A stretch of DNA of 64,000 nucleotides. Origin: Bdellovibrionales bacterium. Lineage in GTDB: Bacteria > Bdellovibrionota > Bdellovibrionia > Bdellovibrionales > DASUEL01. Where the stretch lies: the NCBI GenBank assembly GCA_050250255.1, contig JBFWOZ010000001.1:78211-142210 (forward strand), written 5' to 3'. Below, in pieces: positions 46,227 through 56,457 of this stretch (position 1 is its first letter; the number at the start of each line of letters is the position of its first letter). Made by a program: the position numbers and the translations under genes. The notes below the pieces were generated by a model that saw only the letters and a list, made by a program, of their open reading frames with translations, made no database searches and was not told the DNA's origin.

Positions 46227-47641
46227 AATCGGATGTCCCTGATTTTTCATTGCAAGATGTTTTGGATGGTACTCACGGTGAGGTTCTGCTGAAGAAGCAT
46301 GAACATTTTTATGGGGTTGCGACGGACTCCCGACAGAAAAACGAACAAAGGGTGTTCTTTGCTCTTCAGGGAGAAAACTTTGATGCTCACCAATTTTTAG
46401 ACGCCGCCGTTCAATCTGGTGCAACGGCGTTAGTCGTACATAAAAAACCTGAGCAGCTTGAAAGCTTGGGAGTCACGGTCATTCAAGTGGAGAATACTTT
46501 GATGGCCTTGCAAAGATTTTCTCAATACTGGAGAAAAAAACTTGGGACCAAAATAGTCGCGATTACAGGTTCGAATGGAAAAACCACCACCAAAGAATTT
46601 ACGGCCACCATCCTTTCTACAAAACTAAAGACCCATTATTCAAAAGGAAGTTTTAACAATCACTTTGGATTGCCTCTAAGTCTTCTTCAGTTAAGGCCTC
46701 AGCACGACGTTGCGGTTATGGAAATGGGGATGAATCATCCCGGTGAAATCAAAGAGCTTGTTCGAGTCGCAGACCCCGATGTGGTTGTTGTGACAACCGT
46801 AGGGCGCGCTCACCTTGAGGGCTTAGGAAGTCTTGAAGCGGTGGCGGCGGCTAAGGAAGAAATTTATCTTGCAGCTCGTCCGAATGCTACTCGTATATAT
46901 AATTTAGATAATGCCTTTACGCATGCCATGTTGGCTCGTGCTCCTAAGTCAGCTCGGACTTTTACATTTTCTGGTTTGAACCCCAAAGCGGATGTTCATT
47001 TAAAAGAAATGGTTTCGAAATTAGATTTTATGATTGTGAATGGAGTCATTGCGGGTGAGCCAGGGCAAGTGCAAATTCCTGTTTTCGGCAGGCAGAACAT
47101 CACAAATCTTATGACGGCGGCTTGTTTGGCTCTGGCGTGTGACATTGAACCTGATCTCATTTGGAAAGGACTCTCTCAGTGTAAAACCATTTGGGGTCGC
47201 AACCAAGTTTACAAATTAAACGATGGTGCTCGAGTGATCTTTGATGGTTATAACGCCAATCCAGATAGCATGTTAGCGTTGATCGAAAACTTTTCTCGGC
47301 TCAGTGTGAATGGACAAAAAGTCGCGATCATTGGGGAAATGCTTGAGATGGGAGCGCATGCAGGAGATGTTCACGAGGAGATTGGGCGCAAGATCGGATC
47401 GGGAAGTTTTGATGTTGTGTGGTTTTTGGGCTCACAAGGTGAGTTTTTTCAGCGCGGAATCAGAAGCTCGGATTTTTCGAAAAAACTAATTATTTCAGAT
47501 GGTTATGAAGAATCTATTGCCAGAGAAATATTGTCTATGTTACAACCTAACGACGTCGTCATGATGAAAGGTTCACGAGGTATGAAGTTAGAAAAAATCA
47601 TGCTTTTGTGGGACCCAGAACACTTCACAGCTAAGGCGTAA
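46223..47641 (+). CDS. murF: UDP-MurNAc-pentapeptide ligase MurF
   Basis: TGSNGKTTTKE, EMGMNHPGEI, YNANPDSM, KGSRG. Confidence 0.96.
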   Translation: MKSDVPDFSLQDVLDGTHGEVLLKKHEHFYGVATDSRQKNEQRVFFALQGENFDAHQFLDAAVQSGATALVVHKKPEQLESLGVTVIQVENTLMALQRFSQYWRKKLGTKIVAITGSNGKTTTKEFTATILSTKLKTHYSKGSFNNHFGLPLSLLQLRPQHDVAVMEMGMNHPGEIKELVRVADPDVVVVTTVGRAHLEGLGSLEAVAAAKEEIYLAARPNATRIYNLDNAFTHAMLARAPKSARTFTFSGLNPKADVHLKEMVSKLDFMIVNGVIAGEPGQVQIPVFGRQNITNLMTAACLALACDIEPDLIWKGLSQCKTIWGRNQVYKLNDGARVIFDGYNANPDSMLALIENFSRLSVNGQKVAIIGEMLEMGAHAGDVHEEIGRKIGSGSFDVVWFLGSQGEFFQRGIRSSDFSKKLIISDGYEESIAREILSMLQPNDVVMMKGSRGMKLEKIMLLWDPEHFTAKA

Positions 47642-47685
47642 GACGGCGCCCTAGTAAAAAATGAAGTCATAAGGTTGCGGTCAGA

Positions 47686-48762
47686 ATGTTGTATAACTTG
47701 CTCTATTCGTTTTCCGATCAAATCAGTGCGTTTAACGTTTTCCGATACATTACCTTCCGAACATTTCTCTCGTTTCTCACGGCCTTCTTATTTTGTTGGT
47801 TGTTTGGTCCGAGATTTATTAATCGCCTTGTCCGCAAACAAGTAGGGCAAACGATTCGCGAAGATGGTCCGCAAACACATAAGAAAAAGCAAGGTACACC
47901 TACAATGGGTGGTGGTTTGATTTTACTGAGTGTGCTGTTTCCACTTTTTATGTGGATGGATATCGCGAACCCCCTTCTTATCGGTTGCATCACGGTGACA
48001 TTTACGTTTGGATTGATCGGCTATCTCGATGATTTTCTCAAGGTTTCCAAGAAAAACACCAAAGGTCTTTCTGGAAAACTCCGCTTGCTTTTAGAATTTG
48101 CTATTTCGGGTATCGTTGTTGCCACTTTGATTTATACCAATAGCCTTTCCTCTGTTTTGTCGGTTCCTCTTTTTAAAGGTGTTGCGATCGACTTAGGATA
48201 TTTCTACGTACCGTTTGCGGCACTCGTCATTGTTGGTTGTGCAAATGCGGTGAACTTAACAGACGGACTTGATGGTTTGGCGATTGTACCGTTCATTATC
48301 GCCGCCACGACGTTTATGTTGTTTGCCTATATTGTCGGTCATTCACAAATTGCTAATTATCTTCAGATAGCGCATGTCCCTGGCTCAGGGGAACTTGCGC
48401 CTTTAGCGGCCGCTTTTGTGGCAGCAGGTCTCGGCTTTCTCTGGTACAACACCTACCCCGCTCAAGTTTTTATGGGTGATATCGGAAGTTTAAGTTTGGG
48501 TGGTTTTTTAGGAACTATGGCCGTTCTTACAAAGAACGAACTTCTGTTGGTTGTGATCGGTGGAGTGTTCGTGGCGGAAGCTCTCTCGGTGATTGCGCAA
48601 GTTGCTTCGTTTAAGTTAACTGGAAAACGAGTTTTGAGAATGGCCCCCCTTCATCATCATTATGAATTGAAGGGTTTATCGGAACCGAAAGTGATTGTTC
48701 GTTTTTGGATCGTTTCTATCCTGCTAGCGGCTTTAAGCTTAGCCACTCTCAAGTTGCGGTAA
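47686..48762 (+). CDS. mraY: Phospho-N-acetylmuramoyl-pentapeptide transferase
   Basis: [35 protein letters not shown]. Confidence 0.97.
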   Translation: MLYNLLYSFSDQISAFNVFRYITFRTFLSFLTAFLFCWLFGPRFINRLVRKQVGQTIREDGPQTHKKKQGTPTMGGGLILLSVLFPLFMWMDIANPLLIGCITVTFTFGLIGYLDDFLKVSKKNTKGLSGKLRLLLEFAISGIVVATLIYTNSLSSVLSVPLFKGVAIDLGYFYVPFAALVIVGCANAVNLTDGLDGLAIVPFIIAATTFMLFAYIVGHSQIANYLQIAHVPGSGELAPLAAAFVAAGLGFLWYNTYPAQVFMGDIGSLSLGGFLGTMAVLTKNELLLVVIGGVFVAEALSVIAQVASFKLTGKRVLRMAPLHHHYELKGLSEPKVIVRFWIVSILLAALSLATLKLR

Positions 48763-48811
48763 AAAAATAATTAAAAGTGATTTACAGAATTGTTAAAAGA
48801 AGTGAGGTTTT

Positions 48812-50188
48812 ATGTTTGAGTTAAAAGATAAAAAGATTCTTGTTGTTGGATTGTCAAAGACGGGTGTTTCGCTTGCACGCTTCTTGGTAGAGCAAGGGGC
48901 CGTTGTTACTTTGAGTGATCATAAGAGTCAGGCCGAATTAACAGGTGCTTTGGAAGAGATTGCCGGTCTTCCTATTAAATTAGATCTTGGTGGCCATACT
49001 CCAAAGCTTTTCATTGAGCAGGATTTGATCGTTTTGAGTCCTGGTGTTTCTCCGGAGCTTAAGATTTTTGACTATGCTAGGCATCATGGCGTTCGCGTGA
49101 CGAACGAATTAGAACTCGCGGCTTCTTTTGTCCAGGAACCTATTATCGCCGTGACCGGAACTAACGGAAAAAGCACCGTTTGCCAATTGGCCTACGAATT
49201 TTTGCAAAAATCTGGCGTAAAAGTGTGGCTAGGTGGAAACTTCGGAACACCCCTTACAGAATATGTACGCAGCAAAGAGAAGGCTGACGTTGTTATCGTA
49301 GAAGTCTCCAGTTTTCAGCTCGAGCTTTGTGAAAAATTTAATCCTAAGACGATCGTGCTGACGAACATTGCCGAAAATCATTTGGATCGTCATCGGTCTT
49401 TCGAAGATTACATGGGCGCAAAAAGACGTATTTTTCAAAACACTTCTCAAACAACGACAAGCGTTTTGAATGCGGACGATAATTTAGTGGTCGATATCGC
49501 ACGCGATCCACTGGTGCAGCGTGGACGTATTTTTTACTTCTCACGCAAACCAGCTCTTGAACCGCAAATCATGAATATTGGTGGTGCGGTCACAATTAAA
49601 GAAGAGATTCGTGTTCGTTTAGGCCCTGATATTGAAAAGTTTTATGTTGATAAAATTGCGATGCGCGGTCGTCACTCCATTGAAAACGTTATGGCGGCGA
49701 TCTTGGCTACTCGTGAGCACGGGGCTAAAGCCGAGGTCATCCAAGAGATCATCAACTCTTTCTCAGGACTCCCACACCGTATTGAATATGTTCGTAAGGC
49801 CGGAGGAGTGAAGTTCTATAATGATTCGAAAGCGACAAACGTACACGCGGTACTTCGCGCCCTAGATGCTTTTGACGAAAACCTCATTCTTATTATGGGT
49901 GGTAAAGACACCAATACCAATTTTGAGCCGTTGATAGATCCGGTGAAGAGGAAGGTCAAATCTCTGATTCTTACCGGAGAAACGAAAGAGAAAATCAATC
50001 GTTCGATCGGGGATTTTACGGAAACCTACCTCATCGGTACCTTTGAAGAAGCGGTTTTAGTAGCCTACCAAAAGTCTAGGATAGGAGATACAATTTTGCT
50101 TTCACCGGGCTGTCCAAGCTTTGATCTTTTTGATAACTTTGAAGAGCGTGGTGAATACTTCAAGAAACTCGTACGAACCTTCAATTAA
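48812..50188 (+). CDS. murD: UDP-MurNAc-L-Ala--D-Glu ligase MurD
   Basis: SPGV, TGTNGKST, EVSSFQL, NDSKATN, LLSPGC. Confidence 0.96.
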   Translation: MFELKDKKILVVGLSKTGVSLARFLVEQGAVVTLSDHKSQAELTGALEEIAGLPIKLDLGGHTPKLFIEQDLIVLSPGVSPELKIFDYARHHGVRVTNELELAASFVQEPIIAVTGTNGKSTVCQLAYEFLQKSGVKVWLGGNFGTPLTEYVRSKEKADVVIVEVSSFQLELCEKFNPKTIVLTNIAENHLDRHRSFEDYMGAKRRIFQNTSQTTTSVLNADDNLVVDIARDPLVQRGRIFYFSRKPALEPQIMNIGGAVTIKEEIRVRLGPDIEKFYVDKIAMRGRHSIENVMAAILATREHGAKAEVIQEIINSFSGLPHRIEYVRKAGGVKFYNDSKATNVHAVLRALDAFDENLILIMGGKDTNTNFEPLIDPVKRKVKSLILTGETKEKINRSIGDFTETYLIGTFEEAVLVAYQKSRIGDTILLSPGCPSFDLFDNFEERGEYFKKLVRTFN

Positions 50189-51293
50189 ACGGCCAGGGTC
50201 TTTAGACTCTAGCCTTCTCCTTATTATTGCTGCTTTATTAGGTGTGGGACTGGTGCAAGTTTATAGCGCCAGTTACATCTACGCTTTTGAATCTCTCGAT
50301 GACGGCCTTTATTTTTTCCGAAAACAATTTCTTTTTACGATACTCGCGATTGCCGTCATTATGACAACGGCGAAGGCTCCCTGGCATTGGGTGGAGAAGT
50401 ATGGAAAATTTCTTTGGTTCATAGGCGTTTTGGGAGTGATTGGTACCTTCATTCCCGGAATAGGTGTGAAAGCGGGCGGAGCGATTCGGTGGATTCACCT
50501 CGGGATTTTTAATTTTGAACCTTCAGAGCTTTTAAAAGTGTCTTTGCCTCTGCTTCTGGCGTCTTTTTTATGTCATGAGCCTGCAAGGGATGAAACGTCA
50601 GGCACACGAAGATTGCGTCTTCTTGTTCAGGGACTCATGATTTTTCTACCTTTTCTTTTGTTATTAAAACAGCCGGATTTTGGAAGCGTCGTGATCTGCA
50701 CAGTGGTGCTGTTTTCAATTCTCTTTTGTTATGGGATGTCGCTTTTGCAAGTGGCGATGTGTTTTACGGTGGCGTTTCCTACATTTTACTTTCTTGTTGT
50801 GAATGTTCCTTATCGTTACGCTCGTCTCAAAGTTTTCTTGGATCCTTGGGCCGATCCCGAAAAAGGCGGCTTCCAGCTCATTCAAAGTATGATGGGATTT
50901 TATTCTGGTGGACTCACCGGGGTTGGGCTGGGTCAGGGTCTTGGGAAATTATTTTTCCTTCCTGAAGCCCATACAGATTTCACTTTGTCTGTTCTCGGAG
51001 AAGAAATAGGTTTTATCGGAGTGCTGTTTGTTCTAGGTCTTTACGCGCTTCTGATTATTAAAGGATTTCAAACAGCTTCCAGGGCCTCTAGTCGCTATGC
51101 ACGTATTGCCGCGCTAGGAATTATCGTCGCATTTGTTTGCCAAGTGCAAATCAACGCGGGAGTCGCTATGGGATTATTTCCTACCAAAGGATTAACCCTC
51201 CCGTTCTTGAGTTACGGTGGAAGTAGTCTACTCATGACGGCGTTTAGTTTCGGGCTTCTTTTAAATATTCGTCGGTCGATGGCTTCTAACTGA
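50151..51293 (+). CDS. ftsW: Septal peptidoglycan glycosyltransferase FtsW (start uncertain, 50121-50151)
   Basis: GAIRWI, EPSE, QPDFG, LPEAHTDF, LPFLSYGGSS. Confidence 0.95.
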   Translation: MNTSRNSYEPSIKRPGSLDSSLLLIIAALLGVGLVQVYSASYIYAFESLDDGLYFFRKQFLFTILAIAVIMTTAKAPWHWVEKYGKFLWFIGVLGVIGTFIPGIGVKAGGAIRWIHLGIFNFEPSELLKVSLPLLLASFLCHEPARDETSGTRRLRLLVQGLMIFLPFLLLLKQPDFGSVVICTVVLFSILFCYGMSLLQVAMCFTVAFPTFYFLVVNVPYRYARLKVFLDPWADPEKGGFQLIQSMMGFYSGGLTGVGLGQGLGKLFFLPEAHTDFTLSVLGEEIGFIGVLFVLGLYALLIIKGFQTASRASSRYARIAALGIIVAFVCQVQINAGVAMGLFPTKGLTLPFLSYGGSSLLMTAFSFGLLLNIRRSMASN

Positions 51294-51320
51294 CGAGCGC
51301 CTAATCTCTCGAGGAAATGA

Positions 51321-52418
51321 ATGGCTCAATCCAAAAAACCTATTGTGATGATTGCAGGAGGCGGCACCGGTGGACATGTTTATCCGGCCCTTGCGATTGC
51401 ACACGCTCTCAAAAAGAAAAATCCAGAGATAGATATTCACTTTGTTGGAACGGTAAAGGGAATCGAGACGAAACTTGTAACGCGAGAAAACTTTCCTTTA
51501 CATTTTTTGCCGGTCTCAGGACTTAAAAATCTCTCATTGTTGGCGCGATTAAAGGGTGTTTTGCTCATTCCACTTTCGATTTTCAAAAGCGCTCAGCTAG
51601 TTCTCTCGATGAAACCTCAGTTTGTTTTAGGTGTGGGCGGATACGCATCAGGCCCCTTTCTTTTAGCCTCGGCGTTACTCGGAAGAAAAACGGCGATTTG
51701 GGAACCCAATGCTTTTCCTGGTTTAACGAATCGGATTCTTTCTCCCTTTGTGGATATGGCTTTTGTGGTGTTTGAAGCGAGCCAAGAATTTTTGAAGACA
51801 AAAAAAATGATATCCCTTGGAATGCCACTCAGAGCGGGCATTGAAGCCCATCCACGTGAGGTTCACTCCTCCTTGCGCGTTCTCATTTTTGGCGGAAGTT
51901 TAGGGGCCAGAGGAATCAACACAACGGTCAGCGAAGCTGTCGTACGAGGTGGAAAATGGCTCGAAGGTGTGGAGATTGTCCATCAAACAGGAGCGACGGA
52001 CTTTGAAGTGGTGAAACAAAAGTACGAAAGCGCTGGTTCGCGTGTGGATGTGCAACCTTTTCTCTATGACATGCAACAAAGATACGCGTGGGCAGACCTT
52101 GTCTTTTGTCGTTCGGGAGCTTCAACGGTTGCCGAAATTGCCTCGGCCCAAAAAGCGGCGGTGTTTATCCCGTTTCCTCAAGCCGCTGACGACCACCAAA
52201 AAAAGAACGCCGAAATCCTCTCACAAAACGGAGCCGCCGTGTTGGTGGTCCAAAAGGAATTTACCCCACAAAAATTTATCGAACTAGTGGAGTACTATAA
52301 AGAACATCCTGCGGATATTCAAAAACTCCAAGAAAAGGTAAAAGCCTTTCATCGTCCTAACGCATCAGAAGTCATTTCGGATATTATTCTGGGAGAAATA
52401 AAAGGAACTCATCCATGA
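51321..52418 (+). CDS. murG: Lipid II GlcNAc transferase MurG
   Basis: GGGTGGH, GGSLGA, RSGAST, HQKKNA. Confidence 0.96.
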   Translation: MAQSKKPIVMIAGGGTGGHVYPALAIAHALKKKNPEIDIHFVGTVKGIETKLVTRENFPLHFLPVSGLKNLSLLARLKGVLLIPLSIFKSAQLVLSMKPQFVLGVGGYASGPFLLASALLGRKTAIWEPNAFPGLTNRILSPFVDMAFVVFEASQEFLKTKKMISLGMPLRAGIEAHPREVHSSLRVLIFGGSLGARGINTTVSEAVVRGGKWLEGVEIVHQTGATDFEVVKQKYESAGSRVDVQPFLYDMQQRYAWADLVFCRSGASTVAEIASAQKAAVFIPFPQAADDHQKKNAEILSQNGAAVLVVQKEFTPQKFIELVEYYKEHPADIQKLQEKVKAFHRPNASEVISDIILGEIKGTHP

Positions 52419-53758
52419 GAATAGCAAAATCAAAAGTTCATTTTATCGGAGTGGGCGGTATCGGCATGAGCGGTCTCGCCGAGCTTTTGAAAAATATGGG
52501 CGCAGAGGTTTCAGGAAGTGACATGCAAGAGAATGCCACGACCGAAAGATTAAAAAACTTAGGCGTAAAAGTTTTTTTAGGCCACGACGAGAGTCATATT
52601 ACCAATCAAAATGTTGTTGTTTATTCGAGTGCTGTACCATTAAGTAATGTCGAAATTATTAAAGCCAAAAAATTAAAAATCCCTATCATTGCTCGGGCCG
52701 AAGTTTTGGCCGAAGTGATGCGATTAAAAAGAGGGATCGCGATTGCCGGCACGCATGGAAAAACCACGACCACCAGCATGGTTGCTTCCGTTTTTCTTCA
52801 TGGAAAGTTAGATCCGACAGTTGTAGTGGGCGGGCGCCTTGATCTTATTAAGAGTAATTCGTTTTTAGGTCATGGCGAATGGTTGATTGCCGAAGCGGAT
52901 GAGAGCGATGGGAGTTTTTTAAAACTTTCTCCCGAGATTGTTGTGGTCACGAATATCGATAACGACCATATGGAACATTTTAAAACCATGGATAATTTGA
53001 AGGAAGCGTTTTCGCAGTTCGCAGCCCGTATTCCTTTTTATGGTTTAGCGGTTGTCTGTGGAGATGATTCTCTCGCCAGAGAAGTGTTTGCTCCCTTCAA
53101 TAAACGTATTGTTTATTATGGGTTTGACACACAAAATGATTACGTTTTGAAGGGCGAGAAGAGTCAGTACGAAGTTTTCTCCAAAGGAAAAAAACTAGGA
53201 AGTTTCGATCTCAATTTGCCTGGTCGTCACAATGCGCTTAATGCAATGGCATCAATTGCAGCGGGGCTAGAGGCAGGTCTACCTTTCGAAAAATGTGCGG
53301 CTGGTCTTCGCATGTTCCATGGAGTCGATCGTCGGTTTCAGTGGAAGGGCGAAGTCAGTGGAGTGGATATTTTTGATGATTATGGTCATCATCCAACCGA
53401 AATCGCTGCCGTACTTCAGGCTTTTAAAGAAAAATACACTGATCGTCGTCTGGTCGTTCTCTTTCAGCCTCATCGCTACACGAGAACAAAAACTTGTTGG
53501 AATCAGTTTTTAACAAGTTTCGAGCTTGCCGATAAACTCTATCTCAGTGATATCTATTCTGCAGGTGAAACACCGATAGAAGGTTACGACATCCAGCGAC
53601 TCGTCAAAGAAATCAAAAGCCCACGTGCGGAACATGTGGGACCGGTGGCTCAAGCTCACGAAACCATTCATCGAGAACTCAAACCCCAAGATGTTTTTGT
53701 TACATTGGGTGCGGGCGATGTCTGGAAAGTGGGAATGCATCTACTTAAAAAAGCTTAG
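52415..53758 (+). CDS. murC: UDP-MurNAc--L-Ala ligase MurC
   Basis: GVGGIGMSG, GTHGKTTT, EADESD, DDYGHHPTE, FQPHRY. Confidence 0.97.
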   Translation: MRIAKSKVHFIGVGGIGMSGLAELLKNMGAEVSGSDMQENATTERLKNLGVKVFLGHDESHITNQNVVVYSSAVPLSNVEIIKAKKLKIPIIARAEVLAEVMRLKRGIAIAGTHGKTTTTSMVASVFLHGKLDPTVVVGGRLDLIKSNSFLGHGEWLIAEADESDGSFLKLSPEIVVVTNIDNDHMEHFKTMDNLKEAFSQFAARIPFYGLAVVCGDDSLAREVFAPFNKRIVYYGFDTQNDYVLKGEKSQYEVFSKGKKLGSFDLNLPGRHNALNAMASIAAGLEAGLPFEKCAAGLRMFHGVDRRFQWKGEVSGVDIFDDYGHHPTEIAAVLQAFKEKYTDRRLVVLFQPHRYTRTKTCWNQFLTSFELADKLYLSDIYSAGETPIEGYDIQRLVKEIKSPRAEHVGPVAQAHETIHRELKPQDVFVTLGAGDVWKVGMHLLKKA

Positions 53759-53772
53759 GGGATTTCCTACAT

Positions 53773-54669
53773 ATGGATTCTCTACCTCCATTCATTTCCG
53801 CGCAAGTATCGCTCGCTCACATGACGTCTTGGCTTGTTGGCGGAAACGCTGATTTTTTAGCGCAACCTGAAAACGTGGAAGATTTAAAAAGATCTGTGGA
53901 GTGGGCGAACCAAAAAAAACTCGCTATCACTGTATTGGGTGGTGGAACGAACGTTTTAGTCAGCGATGCCGGAGTACGAGGACTCGTGATTTCCACTCGC
54001 AAGCTGCGTGGTCACACCATCGTGGATGAAACCCATAAACTTTCTCTCGAGGTTCTCGCGGGCACTCCAAAATCTGTTTTGTTAAAACTTTTTCTTTCAA
54101 AAAAATTAGCGCCGGCCCTTTTTCTCGCCGGTCTTCCTGGAGATGTGGGTGGTGGAGTGGTGATGAATGCCGGAGTGGGAGAAGCCATGGTTCCTCGGGA
54201 ATTTGTGGAAATTGTTGATTGGGTAGAAGTTCTTCGCGATGGACAAATTCACCGCTACCTTAAGGCAGATCTCCAGTGGGATTACCGCCACTGTGAAGGC
54301 TGGCGACCTGGTATCGTGACGAAGGTGGGCGTCTCTTGGCCCATGTATCCTCACGAAGATATCGTAACGAAAGTGAAAGCGGCCAATATGGTACGCTTAC
54401 AAAAACAACCACTCGACATGCCCTCTTGCGGAAGCGTCTTCATTAATCCACCGGGATTTAAATCGGGAATGCTCGTTGAAGAATGTGGACTTAAAGGTTT
54501 CACGATCGGCGGCGCTCAAGTCTCGACAAAGCATGCAAACTTCATCGTAAATGTTGGCGGAGCTACGGCTCACGATATTCATGCTGTGATTCAATACGTG
54601 AAAAAAACGGTGAAGGAGAAAAAGTCCGTAGAGCTCAACACCGAGGTGGTTTATCTCGGCGATTGGTAG
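53773..54669 (+). CDS. murB: UDP-N-acetylenolpyruvoylglucosamine reductase
   Basis: GGGTNVL, GGGVVMNAG, QPLDMPSCGSVF, KHANF. Confidence 0.95.
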   Translation: MDSLPPFISAQVSLAHMTSWLVGGNADFLAQPENVEDLKRSVEWANQKKLAITVLGGGTNVLVSDAGVRGLVISTRKLRGHTIVDETHKLSLEVLAGTPKSVLLKLFLSKKLAPALFLAGLPGDVGGGVVMNAGVGEAMVPREFVEIVDWVEVLRDGQIHRYLKADLQWDYRHCEGWRPGIVTKVGVSWPMYPHEDIVTKVKAANMVRLQKQPLDMPSCGSVFINPPGFKSGMLVEECGLKGFTIGGAQVSTKHANFIVNVGGATAHDIHAVIQYVKKTVKEKKSVELNTEVVYLGDW

Positions 54670-54783
54670 ACCGCCACCCGCACATCGTGCAAAAGCGGAA
54701 TTCGTCGCTCTATAAACGTCAGATATCATCCTAAGTTATCTCTGCAGCGGCACTGTTTGTGCTCCACTGACATTTTACAATTG

Positions 54784-54809
54784 ATAATACCAATTATAGT
54801 TGGTATTAT
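54784..54809. promoter_or_regulatory. Palindromic operator candidate for hicAB autoregulation
   Basis: ATAATACCAA-TTATAG-TTGGTATTAT directly before the AGGAGG RBS of hicA. Confidence 0.7.
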
Positions 54810-54822
54810 AAGGAGGTTTGCA

Positions 54823-55014
54823 ATGCCTTTGAGTGGAAAGGAGTTGGTTCAACTCTATGTGAAAAATGGTTGGACTGTTTTGAGACAAAAAGGAAGTCAT
54901 GTGAGATTGGGAAAAGGAAACTTAAGAGAGACCATACCCCTTCATCGCGAATTAAAGATGGGGTTAGAAAAAAAGCTGTTGAATAGGCTTCGAAAGGATT
55001 TAAAGGTGATTTGA
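54823..55014 (+). CDS. hicA: HicA family toxin
   Basis: 63 aa, GWTVLRQKGSH, IPLH; AGGAGG RBS. Confidence 0.9.
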   Translation: MPLSGKELVQLYVKNGWTVLRQKGSHVRLGKGNLRETIPLHRELKMGLEKKLLNRLRKDLKVI

Positions 55015-55448
55015 TGAAATATCATTTTAGAGTTCATAAAGAGGGAAGAGGTTACTGGGCAGAGTGTGTGGAGTTAAAGGGCTGTGTTACACAGGGACAT
55101 TCACTCAAAAATCTTGAAAAGAATATGGCGGAAGCATTGCATTTGTATTTAGATGAACCAAGTGATTCCTCTCTCATTTTCCCACTCCCTAAAAAGACTC
55201 TTCGTGCCCCGAATCTTGTAACTGTACTCGTAGAACCAAGAGCGGCTTTTTCTTTTTATTTAAGAAACTTGCGCCTTCAGCGTGGATTAACTCAAAAGCA
55301 AGTAGCAGAAAAGATGGGATTCAAAAATATATACAGTTATCAACGTCTTGAATCTTCAAAAACTGCGAACCCAGAGCTTGCCACCATCGTAGAAATAAAA
55401 AAGATCTTCCCAGAATTTAGCGTCGATGATTTAATTTCGGCTTCGTAA
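55014..55448 (+). CDS. hicB: HicB family antitoxin with C-terminal HTH
   Basis: YWAECVELKGCVTQG...EALHLYL; RLQRGLTQKQVAEKMG...YQRLE. Confidence 0.9.
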   Translation: MKYHFRVHKEGRGYWAECVELKGCVTQGHSLKNLEKNMAEALHLYLDEPSDSSLIFPLPKKTLRAPNLVTVLVEPRAAFSFYLRNLRLQRGLTQKQVAEKMGFKNIYSYQRLESSKTANPELATIVEIKKIFPEFSVDDLISAS

Positions 55449-55504
55449 TCGTGCATAGGCGTGCCCTCATCATTTGGACGTCTTGGCCCCAAAGCTTAAA
55501 AATT

Positions 55505-55740
55505 CTAATGCGAGTGCGTTAACCTATGATGACCTCAGCAAAGTGTTGTGAGTTCTCAAAGCTATCTGGTCCACCCTTGCTTTTCGGGATTATGTAATGT
55601 GTGTGCAACCATTTTCTCTCAGGACAGCGTTCACCCTGTTGATTACGGTAAGTACACTGGCCTTGATCTCGCAGATGTATGTGTCCCGGGACAGAGAAAT
55701 TCGCGCGATGTTACAGTTTCTGTGCTTTTTGGACTGGATC
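55505..55740 (-). pseudogene. Degraded HNH endonuclease gene remnant
   Basis: Minus strand reads LRDQGQCTYRNQQGERCPERKWLHTHYIIPKSKGGPDSFEN, then a frameshift to LTTLC*GHHRLTHSH*. Confidence 0.8.
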
Positions 55741-55767
55741 TGATCACTAGTTATCGGAACAGTAATT

Positions 55768-56457
55768 TTACTTTGAACCGGTTGCTCTAGAAGTAGTTTC
55801 AGCACTGCGGGGACTGATTCGATCAGCCGAGATAAATATTCTTTTGTCACAATTTGCCATCCAATTGGTAGACGACTTTACTTTCGAAAGGGCACTATCC
55901 ATTTTCTCCGCATATTCGCTGACGGAAATATTTGATTGCACGTCTTTTCCACCAACTGCATCTTCTCCGAGCGTATCCGCTTCCCCCTGTTGCTGATTCT
56001 TTTGAGTCTGTAAAAACCCTATTTTCGCGACAGTTCCTGCACCCACTGCTGCACCAGCTATGAAAAATGGTGTTCCCGCCCCTGCGCCACCTGCGGTTCC
56101 AAAAAGACCTAGGCCGCCTAAAAATGCTGTAACAACGGTACCGCCTACACCTACCCCAACTTGTTTTAATGTGATTAAGCCGGTATTTCCAAGTTCCCGT
56201 TTCTGATCGTCGATTTCGCAGAAATTAAAATCTCTTTTCCCAAGACGTTTTTCCAATTGTCCATTGATGTAATATTCAAATCTGACTCCTGCAGCCTTTT
56301 CGCCAACCAACGCAGGTTTGCGATTTTCCTTCACCAAAATTACTTTTATGTATGTCTGACTAACGTCACTTTTCGCATCGTTTATATCGAGCGCCATTCC
56401 ATAATTAAAATGAAAAATAAAAAGGCAGACGAGAGTATGGGCAAAATATCTAGTCAT
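55768..56457 (-). CDS. Exported hypothetical protein with glycine-zipper hydrophobic segment
   Basis: Signal peptide, AAGGAG RBS, GVGVGGTVVTAFLGGLGLFGTAGGAGAG..GAAVGAG. Confidence 0.75.
   Translation of the reverse strand: MTRYFAHTLVCLFIFHFNYGMALDINDAKSDVSQTYIKVILVKENRKPALVGEKAAGVRFEYYINGQLEKRLGKRDFNFCEIDDQKRELGNTGLITLKQVGVGVGGTVVTAFLGGLGLFGTAGGAGAGTPFFIAGAAVGAGTVAKIGFLQTQKNQQQGEADTLGEDAVGGKDVQSNISVSEYAEKMDSALSKVKSSTNWMANCDKRIFISADRISPRSAETTSRATGSK

Noticed and set aside
55548..55850. ORFs 55548-55790 (+) and 55590-55850 (-)
   Set aside because: Other frames over the HNH pseudogene; the HNH frame explains the sequence
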